This document shows, piece by piece, positions 18,034 through 27,746 of a DNA stretch of 64,000 bases (the first letter of the stretch is position 1; every line of letters begins with the position of its first letter). Under the pieces are notes generated by a model. It had not been told where the DNA came from, searched no databases, and was given only the letters and a program-made list of their open reading frames with translations. Source of the DNA: Minisyncoccota bacterium (GTDB lineage Bacteria > Patescibacteriota > Minisyncoccia > Phycocordibacterales > Phycocordibacteraceae); the NCBI GenBank assembly GCA_035548315.1, contig DASZTF010000044.1, positions 159,615-223,614 on the forward strand. Direction: 5' to 3'. A program made the position numbers and the translations under genes.

Positions 18034-19040
18034 GAGCCGTACGGACCTTTCGTGCCCGCAAAGTGCGCAAGCGTCGCATTCACGAGTGCATTTACATCGG
18101 TGAAGCGAGCCTCCTCCGTCGACCCGAGCACTACGACCGCGATCGGGTGGTCAATACCCGCGTCAAAGACGATAGCGAGATTGCCTCCGGCGAGGTCGGT
18201 GTACCCCGTCTTTGAAAGGAGCAGGTTCGGGAAGTGTTCGACCTCGATATCGGTATTGGCAAGCGTGTGAGCCGTACCCTCAAGCGAGGTCACCGTGACC
18301 GAAGGCAGTGTGGTCGCGTGCGCGAGCCCGGGTGCCGCAGCCAAAAGCTCACCGGCGAGCCGGGCGACATCGCGGGCAGAACCATAGCCACCCGAAAGGG
18401 TACCACTTTCATCGAGACCAGTGCCGTTCACTGCGTAGGTCTGCGAAAGATGCGCAGCGGCAGCAGCATTCTTGAGCAATGTCTCGGTGTTCTGCGCCAC
18501 GTGGTTCTGCGCAGCCAGCGCGATGGCTTCTGCCGCATCATTGCTTGAAGACACGAGCGCGAATCGCGCGAGGTCCTCGAAGTTGAAGGTCTCCCCATCG
18601 GCGAGGCCGTAGTCGCCGTCCATGGCGAGCGCCGCGGGCGTGATTGTGACCGGCGTCGATGAAGAGAGTGCGGAGAGCGCCGCGTAGGTGGTGAGGAGTT
18701 TGGTGAGCGACGCGAGCGGGAGCTGTGCGTCGGCGTTGCGCTCAAAAATCGGCTGACCGGTAGAAAGGTCGAGCACGATAGCCGCCTTCCCTTGGAGCGG
18801 GATGTGCGCGAATGGATCGGGGGCGGTGGTCGTCGCCACCGCGACGGGCGCCGGCGCGGGAGCTGGCTTCGGATAGAAGAATACGAAACCGCCAAGGACG
18901 ATTACGCAGAACAGAAGGGCGAACCCTAATTCCTGGCGCTCTTTGATAGCGTCGGTCATGGTACGGAAACTAGGCATTAGATTGATCTCCGGCACTCGCC
19001 GCTGCAACGGCGTGCTCTGCCTCTTTGGAAAGCTCGGCAA
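18030..19040 (-). CDS. dacB: D-alanyl-D-alanine carboxypeptidase (S11, PBP5-type)
   Basis: SxxK (ASLTK), SxN (SSN) and KTG (SKTGYT) motifs. True start probably MTDAIKERQ (around 18959), which removes the overlap with scpB. Confidence 0.8.
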   Translation of the reverse strand: MPSFPKRQSTPLQRRVPEINLMPSFRTMTDAIKERQELGFALLFCVIVLGGFVFFYPKPAPAPAPVAVATTTAPDPFAHIPLQGKAAIVLDLSTGQPIFERNADAQLPLASLTKLLTTYAALSALSSSTPVTITPAALAMDGDYGLADGETFNFEDLARFALVSSSNDAAEAIALAAQNHVAQNTETLLKNAAAAAHLSQTYAVNGTGLDESGTLSGGYGSARDVARLAGELLAAAPGLAHATTLPSVTVTSLEGTAHTLANTDIEVEHFPNLLLSKTGYTDLAGGNLAIVFDAGIDHPIAVVVLGSTEEARFTDVNALVNATLAHFAGTKGPYGS

Positions 19041-19527
19041 AGCGCGGCAGGTCTTCTCGCTTCCCTACGCCGAGGTGCGCGAGCGCATCGGTCGTGGCGC
19101 GATAGCGGAACTTGCGCTTATCAGACGGATCTTCAATGCGCTCCACGAGTCCGCGGAGCATGAGCGAGCGCACGGTCTGCGCAGAATTAACGCCGCGGAT
19201 CCAATCGATCTCGCTGCGCGTGGCGCCGTCTTGATACAGCACCACGGCAAGTGCCTCGAGACCCGCCTTACCCAAGTCTTTACTGAGTTCTCCCTCGCGC
19301 AGTTTCTGCACGATGTCGCTCGCTTCCGGTGCGGTACGCAGTTCGAGCTCGTTCTCCGCAGCGATGAGCGCGACGCCGCTGCCGTGAAGCTTCGCTGCCA
19401 TGTCGGCAGCGAGCGTAGAGACTTCTGCTTCAGAAACGCCGAGCAGGCTGCCCAGCTTTTTCTTGGTCATCGGCTCGCCTGCGGCAAAAAGAAGCGCATG
19501 GAGTTCTGCTGCCTTTGAAAGCGCCAT
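18970..19527 (-). CDS. scpB: Segregation and condensation protein B
   Basis: Tandem winged helix: LLFAAGEPMTKKKLGSLLG...SRSLMLRGLVERI. Confidence 0.9.
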   Translation of the reverse strand: MALSKAAELHALLFAAGEPMTKKKLGSLLGVSEAEVSTLAADMAAKLHGSGVALIAAENELELRTAPEASDIVQKLREGELSKDLGKAGLEALAVVLYQDGATRSEIDWIRGVNSAQTVRSLMLRGLVERIEDPSDKRKFRYRATTDALAHLGVGKREDLPRFAELSKEAEHAVAAASAGDQSNA

Positions 19528-19587
19528 ATCACCCCATTTTACCCTGTCCAGGCCCCCAGAGCCACCCTCCCGACCTGGGGAATGCGT

Positions 19588-20328
19588 CTAGTACCGCGGT
19601 ACCGAGGAGGTTGTGTTGGTGATTTTGATGTCTGCAAAATTGGCGCCCTGGTCGGCGTCCACGTGACCCATTTTGACGAGTTCAAGGAGGGCGAGGAATG
19701 AGACGATGACTTCCACGCGCTCTTTTGCTTCCCCGGAGAATTCCTTGAATGACAGCGTGAGCGCGCGCTGCACGCGATTGAGGAGCGAGTCCATCATTTC
19801 CTCAATCGTGACGGTTGGCTTTACGCGGGCTTCCGGGAGCTCTTCTACTTTCTCCAGTGCCGCGAGTGCGGCAGCAAGCGCCTTCGCGAGCGATTCCGTG
19901 CTCATGTCGCTGCTCGGCGCGAACACAATCTCCGGCGCTTTCTCCCCCGCTGGGAGCATCACCGAGCGGCCGAATATGCGACCGAGTTCGCGCGCTGCCT
20001 CGCGCGTTTTCTCATAGAGTGCGAGCCGGCGCTGGAGATCGTCTATGCTCCCCTCCTCTTCTTCCGAAAGCTCAAGCTCCGGAATAAGTGATTTGGATTT
20101 AATAAGAAGCAGCGTGGCGGCGACCGCGATGAAGTTGGTCGCGTCTTCCATCGGGAAGTCCGCCTGGCTCTTCACGTGCTGGATGAACTCATCGGTGACC
20201 GCTGCGAGCGCGATATCACTCACCAAGAGTTTTCGCTTCTCGATCAGATCGATGAGGAGCTCGAACGGCCCTTCGTATGCCGCAGTGCGGACGGTGTAAT
20301 TAGTCTTCGGGACGGCTATATCCATCAC
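19588..20328 (-). CDS. scpA: Segregation and condensation protein A
   Basis: AYEGPFELLIDLIEKRKLLVSDIALAAVTDEF is the ScpA N-terminal signature. Confidence 0.9.
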   Translation of the reverse strand: MMDIAVPKTNYTVRTAAYEGPFELLIDLIEKRKLLVSDIALAAVTDEFIQHVKSQADFPMEDATNFIAVAATLLLIKSKSLIPELELSEEEEGSIDDLQRRLALYEKTREAARELGRIFGRSVMLPAGEKAPEIVFAPSSDMSTESLAKALAAALAALEKVEELPEARVKPTVTIEEMMDSLLNRVQRALTLSFKEFSGEAKERVEVIVSFLALLELVKMGHVDADQGANFADIKITNTTSSVPRY

Positions 20329-20342
20329 CTCTTAGTATATCG

Positions 20343-21302
20343 CTAATTACGGCTCACGCGGATGAGTCCGGAGCAGGCGACGATCTCGATGCCTTTCGCC
20401 TCGTATTTATCGAGGAGCAAGTTCATGCCGATGGAGTCCGAACTCATGTGCCCTGCGACCACGAGGTTGATGTGATGCTTCTGCGCCTCGGCACGATGCT
20501 CTTCTGAGGCGTGCATGCTGATGATCGTACCCACGCCTGCGTGCGCAAGCTTCTCGTACACGATGTGGGAGCCGTCGGTGCCGCCCGTGATCTCGAGCGG
20601 CGCGATCTTCCCGGCGCGGTTCTTCTCGCTCCCCGAGAACAGCATCGGACCCGCCTTCCCCTTGATCGCCTCTTTGTATTCCGGAATTTCGCGGAGTATG
20701 TCGAGGACGTCTCCCACCGTCTCCGCGGTCTTCTCCTTAAAAAGATTCTCGAAGAACGTGAAGACAAGGTTGTCCGTGATGGTGTGCGTCGCCATGAACG
20801 CAAGGCCGAGCAGTCGTGCAGCATCCACCGCTTGGTTGTGGTTACGCGGACTGATCTTGCGACTGATTTCCCCGATGCGGTCGCGCAGCACACCTTCGGC
20901 GATGTTCACTGGTACGCCGTACCGGACCATGTTGTCTGCCTGCATATCCATCACTTCGTGGAGGGCGGCGTAGGGCGCGCCCGAGGGATGGTGCGTGATC
21001 AAGAGGTCGATGCCAGCACCTTTTTCATTCAGCGCATTGGCAAGCAGCGCCTCGGAAGCCTCGATATCGATACCAGCGAGTACTTTATTGACCTGGAGGC
21101 CAGGATCGCCGAGCAGGATGCGGGAGTCCGCGTACGGGTGGTGCAGGTCTTCGAGATCATACTCTGCCTGCTTGGCCTTGGAAAGGCCCTCGTATTCTTT
21201 CTTCCGGCGCGCAAGGTACTTCACCACGCCGTCGCGTCCGCGGGGATCGGCGTCGATGCCGGCTTCCACCGCGAGGTCGTACATTTCTTTGAGAGTCATC
21301 AT
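20343..21302 (-). CDS. NIF3 family protein (dinuclear metal-centre protein, YqfO/YbgI-like)
   Basis: ITHHP and VVAGH motifs. Start taken as MMTLKEMYD (21302), which leaves a 4-nt gap to the aspS stop. Confidence 0.75.
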   Translation of the reverse strand: MMTLKEMYDLAVEAGIDADPRGRDGVVKYLARRKKEYEGLSKAKQAEYDLEDLHHPYADSRILLGDPGLQVNKVLAGIDIEASEALLANALNEKGAGIDLLITHHPSGAPYAALHEVMDMQADNMVRYGVPVNIAEGVLRDRIGEISRKISPRNHNQAVDAARLLGLAFMATHTITDNLVFTFFENLFKEKTAETVGDVLDILREIPEYKEAIKGKAGPMLFSGSEKNRAGKIAPLEITGGTDGSHIVYEKLAHAGVGTIISMHASEEHRAEAQKHHINLVVAGHMSSDSIGMNLLLDKYEAKGIEIVACSGLIRVSRN

Positions 21303-21306
21303 AGGC

Positions 21307-22671
21307 TTATTGTATTTCAGCTTCGACGCTACCGCCCTTCTCTTCATTCGTCGCGAGGAGTACGTCGATGCGGTTGAGGTCGCGCGGGAAGAGCGCGGCT
21401 TCTTTTACATTCGGGAGATCGAGCATCTTCATGGTGAACCGCTCAAGCCCAGTCGAGCAGCCGCCATGGGGCGGCATGCCGTATTTAAACGCCTGGAGGT
21501 AGAAGGAGAATTTGCCTGCGTCCATGCCGCGGCTCTGAATACGCTCGACCATCTCGTCGTAGTCGTGGATGCGCTGCGCGCCAGAATTGATCTCGAGTCC
21601 GCGGAACAACAGGTCGAATCCGCGCGACTCCCCAGCAGGATCGCCCATCGTGTAGAAGGCGCGTGCGGCCGTCGGGAATCTGGTGATGAACACAAAGTCC
21701 GAGTCGTGCTCCTTGCGCGCCCATTCACAAATAGCGCGCTCGTGCTCTGGAGACATGTCGTCTTCCGGCGTGACGCCGAGCGTTTTGTGCGCTTCAGCAA
21801 GCGTGAGCACGGGGAACTTCTTCCCGAGGTGTGGGACCTCGGTGCCGAAGCGCACGAACACATCTGCGTGCTTTGCCGCGACCGCGTTCACCGTATCGCG
21901 CACGACGTCTTCGAGCACGTCCATGACGTCGTGCTCATCCTTCACGAAGCCCATTTCAAAGTCCATTTGCGTGAGCTCTGAGAGGTGACGCGTCGTCGCG
22001 CTTTTCTCTGCGCGGAAGATGCGCGCGATGGTGAATGCGCGCTCCACGGCGCCGACCATGATCTGCTTGTAGAGCTGGGGCGAGGTCGCGAGGTACGCCG
22101 GTTTATCGTAGAAGTAGCCGACCTTGAATACGGCTGCGCCGCCTTCAGCATCCCCACCCACGAGCGCCGGTGCCTGGAACTCGGTAAAGCCGCGGGACGC
22201 GAGTGCAGTCCGGTACGCATTTACAATCGTGGCCTGGACCGTGAAGATGTCGCGGTCGCGCTGGCTGCGCAGCGTGTACGGGCGGTAGTCGAGGCGCGTG
22301 TCGAGGTTGAGGTCGGTGTCTTTCTCAAACGGAAGATCGCGCGCAGGAGAAATCATTTCAATACCGCGAACTTCGAGCTCGATGTCGCCGTTCTGCTTCC
22401 CTGCCTGGATATTTTTCGCCGGGCGTTCGTTTACGATGCCCTCCACTGCCACCACGTATTCGTTCTTAATTTCCTTTGCGGTCTCGAGCGCGGGTGAGCC
22501 GGGGAGCGTCACGCCCTGAACCATGCCCGAGCGATCACGGAAGTCAAAAAACACCATCTTACCCTGGTCGCGGCGGACGTCCACCCATCCCTGGATAAGG
22601 ACGGTCTTGCCAACCTTCCCCGAAAGTTCCCCAATAAGTGTGCGCTCGAGCCCTGGTTCAAAATCGTTCAT
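21307..22671 (-). CDS. aspS: Aspartyl-tRNA synthetase, archaeal/eukaryal-type class IIb (AsnRS not formally excluded)
   Basis: Anticodon-binding OB fold (LIQGWVDVRRDQGKMVFFDFRDRSG), motif 2 FRAE, motif 3 GMPPHGGCSTGLERF; 454 aa. Confidence 0.85.
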   Translation of the reverse strand: MNDFEPGLERTLIGELSGKVGKTVLIQGWVDVRRDQGKMVFFDFRDRSGMVQGVTLPGSPALETAKEIKNEYVVAVEGIVNERPAKNIQAGKQNGDIELEVRGIEMISPARDLPFEKDTDLNLDTRLDYRPYTLRSQRDRDIFTVQATIVNAYRTALASRGFTEFQAPALVGGDAEGGAAVFKVGYFYDKPAYLATSPQLYKQIMVGAVERAFTIARIFRAEKSATTRHLSELTQMDFEMGFVKDEHDVMDVLEDVVRDTVNAVAAKHADVFVRFGTEVPHLGKKFPVLTLAEAHKTLGVTPEDDMSPEHERAICEWARKEHDSDFVFITRFPTAARAFYTMGDPAGESRGFDLLFRGLEINSGAQRIHDYDEMVERIQSRGMDAGKFSFYLQAFKYGMPPHGGCSTGLERFTMKMLDLPNVKEAALFPRDLNRIDVLLATNEEKGGSVEAEIQ

Positions 22672-22681
22672 ACGTAATAAA

Positions 22682-23641
22682 TTAAGCTACTCCTACTGCC
22701 GTGCGCACCTCCTTCATCTTGGCTTCCGATACTTCGCGTGCCTTTGCGCCGCCCTTCTTAAGGACTTCCGCGACCTGTTCGTCCGTAATAGCCGCGCGCC
22801 TTTCACGCATCGGTGCGAGGTACGCGTCGAGGTCTTCAATGAGTGCTTCCTTTAAATCTTTGTACTTACCCTTCTTTTCTTCGTAGAGCGCGCCGAGTTC
22901 CTCTTCACTCTTGATGAGTTTATGAATCGCATACACATTCTCGGGGCGATCCCCGCTCGAGTCGGTGACGATGCCCATCACTGCCTTTGCAATTTCCTCA
23001 CGCGTACCAAAAAGTGGAATAGTGTTGCCGTAGCTCTTGCTCATCTTCTTACCATCGATGCCGGGCACCACCCCGACCGTGGGCAGAATTGCTTCCTTGG
23101 GTTCCTTGAAGAGCGTGGTGAATGCGTTGTTAAACTTGCTTGCCGCTTCACGCGCATACTCGATGTGCTGACGCTGGTCTTCTCCCACAGGGACGACGTC
23201 CGTATCGTAGAGCAGGATGTCTGCCGCCATGAGCATGGGGTACGTGAAGAGTCCGGCGTTTGCCTCGAGGCCTTTCGCGACTTTGTCCTTGTATGCATGG
23301 CCGAGCTCGAGGAATGAGACCGTCACGAGACAGTCGAAGATCCACGCGAGTTCCATATGCGCGGGCACGGTGGACTGCTTGAAGAGCGTCACCTCCTCCG
23401 GATCAACGCCTACGGCGAGGTAATCCTTCACTGCGCTTATCGTATTCTTGCGCAGCGATTCCGGGTCGCGCAGCGACGTGAGCGCGTGGTAGTCCACGAC
23501 CATCAGGTAGCTCTGGTAGTTCTGGTATGCGTCCACGAACGGCTTCAGCGCGCCGAAGTAGTTACCAATATGGAGATCCCCCGAGGGCTGGAGCCCCGTG
23601 AGCATGACCTGCTTCCCTGCCATAGCCCTACGATAGCACAA
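22682..23641 (-). CDS. trpS: Tryptophanyl-tRNA synthetase
   Basis: TGLQPSGDLHIGNYFGA (HIGH-type) and KMSKS; 319 aa; TyrRS is encoded separately at 24742. Confidence 0.9.
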   Translation of the reverse strand: MCYRRAMAGKQVMLTGLQPSGDLHIGNYFGALKPFVDAYQNYQSYLMVVDYHALTSLRDPESLRKNTISAVKDYLAVGVDPEEVTLFKQSTVPAHMELAWIFDCLVTVSFLELGHAYKDKVAKGLEANAGLFTYPMLMAADILLYDTDVVPVGEDQRQHIEYAREAASKFNNAFTTLFKEPKEAILPTVGVVPGIDGKKMSKSYGNTIPLFGTREEIAKAVMGIVTDSSGDRPENVYAIHKLIKSEEELGALYEEKKGKYKDLKEALIEDLDAYLAPMRERRAAITDEQVAEVLKKGGAKAREVSEAKMKEVRTAVGVA

Positions 23642-23698
23642 AAAGAAACGGCGCGGATCGGGTGGATCCGCGCACGTCTTCTGGGTTGAATGGGTCGA

Positions 23699-23938
23699 TC
23701 ACGGAAGCGCGATCTCGGTGAGGGTGACGGGGCATTCGTGCATACCCGCTTCGTCGCTGTTGTTTGACAGCGTGCGCTTTTCGCCTATCGTCATGCCGAT
23801 GAACTCACGGGTGTGGTCATTCGTCGAGACGATGTGCTCCAGCTTCTGGCCGTCGCGGCCATGCTTGTTTCCCTCATCGTGAACCGTGAGCGTGATCTTG
23901 TGACCCGGCTCAACCCGTTCAGTTTGGTTGGGTCTCAT
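23699..23938 (-). CDS. Small hypothetical protein (79 aa), weak resemblance to the DUF2945 / HVA-TUDOR family
   Basis: GHKITLTV...HTREFIGMT loosely resembles GHVTGVI...HTEDFEFMGRT of DUF2945; low confidence. Confidence 0.3.
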   Translation of the reverse strand: MRPNQTERVEPGHKITLTVHDEGNKHGRDGQKLEHIVSTNDHTREFIGMTIGEKRTLSNNSDEAGMHECPVTLTEIALP

Positions 23939-24019
23939 AAGACCATCTCCTGAAAGGTCGACGGCTACCGGGAGTGGCAGCCGTCCCGAGAGCTTACAAC
24001 TATTCAGGAATGACGCAAG

Positions 24020-24625
24020 TTACGCCGCTCCAGTGAGGACGAGGGTGGCGGCGAAGGCGTCGAAACTCGGGAACGTATTCCCGCCCGAGACCAGCTGCAC
24101 AAAGTACACCGAGTGACCCACAAGTACTGCGCGGGCGCGCAGGTAGTACGTCCCGGATTTGTAGGAATAGTCTACTGATGGATAGGTGCCATAGCGTCCG
24201 TCCTGGGTTTTGACCGCGGTAGCGTGCGCGTCGGTTGCGGATGCCGAGACGATGCTCTCGAGGAATGCACTCGCATTGCTGACGTCGGTGGCTGTGGGGA
24301 ACGTCTCCACACTGACGGCGTAGTAATCGCCGTTCACATCTTTTGCGGCATATTCTGTATAGGGCACCGCGTCGAGCGTGCTCGTCGCGGGGAATGATCC
24401 TGTCGACTCCGATGGCGTGCTCGGGAACTTGATCTCAAAGTGCTCGATCGGGGCGCGGAACACACTCCACGCAGTGACGTCGGTGCCCGGGTTCGTGGTG
24501 ACCACCTCGAGTCCGAAATACTGCCGACCGATCATGAAAATCACACCCATGATGAGCGCGAGGAGAGCTATGCCGCCTACCATGGCGAGCACTTTCGTGG
24601 GCACGCTATGCCGAGACGTCATCAT
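24020..24625 (-). CDS. Membrane-anchored hypothetical protein
   Basis: Single N-terminal TM helix (VLAMVGGIALLALIMGVIFMI) plus an extracytoplasmic domain. Confidence 0.55.
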   Translation of the reverse strand: MMTSRHSVPTKVLAMVGGIALLALIMGVIFMIGRQYFGLEVVTTNPGTDVTAWSVFRAPIEHFEIKFPSTPSESTGSFPATSTLDAVPYTEYAAKDVNGDYYAVSVETFPTATDVSNASAFLESIVSASATDAHATAVKTQDGRYGTYPSVDYSYKSGTYYLRARAVLVGHSVYFVQLVSGGNTFPSFDAFAATLVLTGAA

Positions 24626-24628
24626 TGC

Positions 24629-24713
24629 GGTGCGCCGGGGAGGATTCGAACCTCCGTAGGCCGAAGCCGACAGGTTTACAGCCTGTTGTAATTGACCACT
24701 CTACCACCGACGC
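24629..24713 (-). tRNA. tRNA-Tyr (anticodon GUA) with long variable arm, directly downstream of tyrS
   Basis: Reverse-strand cloverleaf: acceptor GCGTCGG/CCGGCGC, anticodon stem ACAGG/CCTGT, loop CTGTAAA, variable arm CGGCTTCGGCCTAC, T-arm GGAGG-TTCGAAT-CCTCC, then A and CC. Confidence 0.85.
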
Positions 24714-24741
24714 AATAGGCGGATTCTACCAAAAACCACCG

Positions 24742-25995
24742 TTATTTCAAAACGAGTACCAGGACCTCGCGCTTGCCCTTGCGCACGAGCGCCACGCCAT
24801 CGGGAAGGTCGTGCGTGAAGATCTTTTGGTCGGGATTGGGCACGGGGAATCCTGAGAGCGTAATACCCTTCTGTTCGATCAGACGGCGCGCTTCTGATTT
24901 AGAAGAGACCAGCCCGCCTGCTGCGAGCGCATCCACGAGCGGGAATCCTTGTGCCAGTTGGGATTTCGTGAGTGCGAATGAGGGTGCCTCCGCGAGTGCG
25001 ACCGCGCGCTCCATACGCGAGAGCTCGTGGAAAGGTCGTCCTCCAAACAGCGCGTCTGTCGCGGCTGCAGCTTCTGCCGCTGCCGCAGGACCGTGCACGA
25101 GCGTGGTCACCTGGCTCGCGAGCGTTTCTTGTGCTTCGCGCATACCCGGATTCTCGCGATGCTTTGCCATGAGCTCGTTGATCGCGTCCACCGACATAAA
25201 GGTGTACACCTTGAGGTATTGCTCCACATTGTCATCCGGGAGATTGATCCAGAACTGGTAGAACTGGAACGGCGAAGTCTTCTTGGGGTCGAGCCAGATG
25301 GCGTTCCCTTCCGATTTGCCGAATTTGCGACCGGTAGAATCGGTAATGAGCGGCACAGTGAGCGCGTACACCTCGTTACCGTTCTTCTTGCGAATAAGAT
25401 CGACGCCGGAGAGAATATTGGTCCACTGATCGCTCGCGCCGATCTGCAGGTCGCAGCTGTACTTGCGGTGGAGCACCAGGTAGTCGAGCGCTTGGAGAAG
25501 CGAGTAGGTGAATTCGGTGTAGGAGATGCTCTCGTTCGGGTCGTCGAGGCGCTTTTTAATCAGGTCGCGCTTGATGAGATCGTTCACGGTGAAGTGCTTC
25601 CCTATTTCGCGGAGGAAGTAGATCATCTGCGTTTTGAACAGCCACTCGGCGTTGTCCACCATGCGGAATGAAGTCCGGCCAAGCAGCGCTTTGATCTGCT
25701 TCTGCAGCGCTTTGGTATTGGCGCGCAGCGTCTTTTCGTCGATGAGCACGCGCTCGCCCTTTTCTTTAGGGTCGCCGATCATACCAGTACCGCCACCCAC
25801 GAGGAAAATGAGTTTGTGTCCTGCAGCACCGAGCCGCTTCATAAGCAGGAACGGCACGAGGTGCCCCACGTGCGCGGAGTCAGCGGTCGGGTCGATGCCG
25901 AGGTACACCGTGCGAGGGGTCGCGAGGATCGTCTCAGCCGGAGCGGATTCGTGTTCGATAAGCCCGCGTGATTTCAGTTCTTCTGCGAGGGTCAT
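24742..25995 (-). CDS. tyrS: Tyrosyl-tRNA synthetase
   Basis: HIGH region (GIDPTADSAHVGHLVP), KFGKS, and C-terminal S4-like domain. Confidence 0.95.
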   Translation of the reverse strand: MTLAEELKSRGLIEHESAPAETILATPRTVYLGIDPTADSAHVGHLVPFLLMKRLGAAGHKLIFLVGGGTGMIGDPKEKGERVLIDEKTLRANTKALQKQIKALLGRTSFRMVDNAEWLFKTQMIYFLREIGKHFTVNDLIKRDLIKKRLDDPNESISYTEFTYSLLQALDYLVLHRKYSCDLQIGASDQWTNILSGVDLIRKKNGNEVYALTVPLITDSTGRKFGKSEGNAIWLDPKKTSPFQFYQFWINLPDDNVEQYLKVYTFMSVDAINELMAKHRENPGMREAQETLASQVTTLVHGPAAAAEAAAATDALFGGRPFHELSRMERAVALAEAPSFALTKSQLAQGFPLVDALAAGGLVSSKSEARRLIEQKGITLSGFPVPNPDQKIFTHDLPDGVALVRKGKREVLVLVLK

Positions 25996-26013
25996 ATGGC
26001 GAGTATAGCAGAG

Positions 26014-26556
26014 CTAGTGGCGGCGGCTCTTACCGGTAAAAAAAAGGAATCCCGCAAGCGGCGCGATGAACCACCAGAAGAATAAGTACGCCGGGTCAAA
26101 GAATGATGCGAGTGGTTCGGGGTACGCGTAGAGTCCGCCGAGCGAGAGCGCGTGGTGCGCGAGTGCGAGCAGGAATCCCGCCGTGAGCACCGAGAGGATG
26201 AGCTGCGCCGTTGTGGAAAGATTAATGAAGTCCGATGCCGAGACCTTCCGGATGATGAGGTAGGGAATAATGACCGCAATCGCATAGAGGACGAGCGATA
26301 CGCCCGCGACATACGCGGGTGCAGTGCCCACGCCCCTCTGGATGAGATGTGCATAGGGGAACACGGAATAGAGTGCGTATCCCACATAGAGCGCCATGAC
26401 GAGCGAGACGAAGGGGCCCTTCCCCACCCGGTAGCAAAAGAGGAAGAGCACGAGTGCGAGTATGATGAGCGCGACGAAATTCCCCACCGCCGCCCACGCG
26501 GTGAGCGCACCTGAGGCAGCCGACTGCTGCACGGTCACGAGAGCATTGAGATCCAT
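26014..26556 (-). CDS. Polytopic membrane protein, unknown function
   Basis: 5-6 hydrophobic segments; no motif recognised. Confidence 0.55.
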   Translation of the reverse strand: MDLNALVTVQQSAASGALTAWAAVGNFVALIILALVLFLFCYRVGKGPFVSLVMALYVGYALYSVFPYAHLIQRGVGTAPAYVAGVSLVLYAIAVIIPYLIIRKVSASDFINLSTTAQLILSVLTAGFLLALAHHALSLGGLYAYPEPLASFFDPAYLFFWWFIAPLAGFLFFTGKSRRH

Positions 26557-26586
26557 GCTCTCAGTATAGCTCGCCCGCGCACGAGA

Positions 26587-27675
26587 CTAGAGCCCTTCGG
26601 ACTTCAGTTCCTCGATGGCTTTCTTCGCCTTGCTCGAGAGTTTCTTCGGAAGTGTAGCGGAGACGTGGATCAGGAGGTCGCCCTTTCCGCTTTCGAGCGG
26701 GACGCCCTTGCCACGTACCCGTAGGACTTCCTCGGCGCGCGTGAGTACCGGCACGGTGACTTCCACCGATTTCCCATCGATAAGCTCGATGGTGACCTTG
26801 GAGCCGAGGAGCGCATCCGTCAATTTCACTGGCAGATTCATCACGAGGTTCGCGCCTTCTTTGCGGAACACCGGATGCGCCTTCACGTGGACTTTCACAT
26901 AGAGATCGCCCGGCACACCGCCTTTTACCGCTTCTCCCTGCTGTGGGAGACGGATCATTTCGCCGTTATCGATGCCGGCAGGGATGGAGAGGTGAATTTC
27001 TTCTTCCTTCTTCATCACGCCGCGACCGGAGCAGGTCGGGCACTTTTCCTTTGGGATTTTCCCACTACCATCGCACGCGGGGCACGTGCGCACGCTGGTG
27101 ACTTGCCCGAATACAGAGTTGCGTGCTTCGTGGACTTTACCCGAGCCATTGCAGGTAGTGCAGGTGTGCATCTCGGTCCCCGGCTTTGCGCCCGAGCCCT
27201 TGCAGGTGTCGCACTCCGCGACCTTCGCGATGAGCACGTCGCGCTCGCCGCCGAGGATCGCTTCCTTGAATGACACTTCTATATCAATCGAGATATCACG
27301 CCCGCGGCGCACGCGCGAACGACCACGACCACCGCCGAAGATATCGCCGAAGCCCTCGAAGAGGTCGCCCATGTCAAACTCCACGCCGCCCTGACCGAAT
27401 CCGCCGAACTGGCTGAAGTCAAAGCCCTGGAATGGATTCCCCTGTCCGCCAGCGCCCTGCCCGCCTGGAAATGCCTGGCCGTACGTGTCGTACTCGCGCC
27501 GCTTTTTATCATCGCCGAGGATGGAGTATGCTTCCGTAATTTCCTTAAACTTGGCTTCGTCGCCCGTGCCCTTATCCGGGTGATACTTATGCGCGAGTTT
27601 GCGGAACGCTTTTTTGATATCGTCCTTGCTCGCCTTCTTGTCGACGCCCAGGATGGAGTAGTAGTCCTTCGCCAT
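26587..27675 (-). CDS. dnaJ: Chaperone DnaJ
   Basis: J-domain (YYSILGV...HPDK), G/F region, and four CxxCxGxG zinc-finger repeats. Confidence 0.95.
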   Translation of the reverse strand: MAKDYYSILGVDKKASKDDIKKAFRKLAHKYHPDKGTGDEAKFKEITEAYSILGDDKKRREYDTYGQAFPGGQGAGGQGNPFQGFDFSQFGGFGQGGVEFDMGDLFEGFGDIFGGGRGRSRVRRGRDISIDIEVSFKEAILGGERDVLIAKVAECDTCKGSGAKPGTEMHTCTTCNGSGKVHEARNSVFGQVTSVRTCPACDGSGKIPKEKCPTCSGRGVMKKEEEIHLSIPAGIDNGEMIRLPQQGEAVKGGVPGDLYVKVHVKAHPVFRKEGANLVMNLPVKLTDALLGSKVTIELIDGKSVEVTVPVLTRAEEVLRVRGKGVPLESGKGDLLIHVSATLPKKLSSKAKKAIEELKSEGL

Positions 27676-27707
27676 AGTTTCCCGATTATACGCTCCCTCG
27701 TGGTGGT

Positions 27708-27745
27708 ATGCAAAACAGCACCCGCCGAGGCGGGTGCTGTTTAAA
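27708..27745 (-). terminator. Strong intercistronic hairpin with a U-tract between dnaK and dnaJ (partial terminator/attenuator)
   Basis: aacagcacccgc-cgag-gcgggtgctgtt, a 12-bp perfect stem; on the transcribed strand it is followed by TTTTGCA. Confidence 0.6.
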
Positions 27746-27746
27746 A

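Noticed and set aside
20511-21981. 288- and 328-aa plus-strand ORFs
   Set aside because: Antisense to nif3/aspS.
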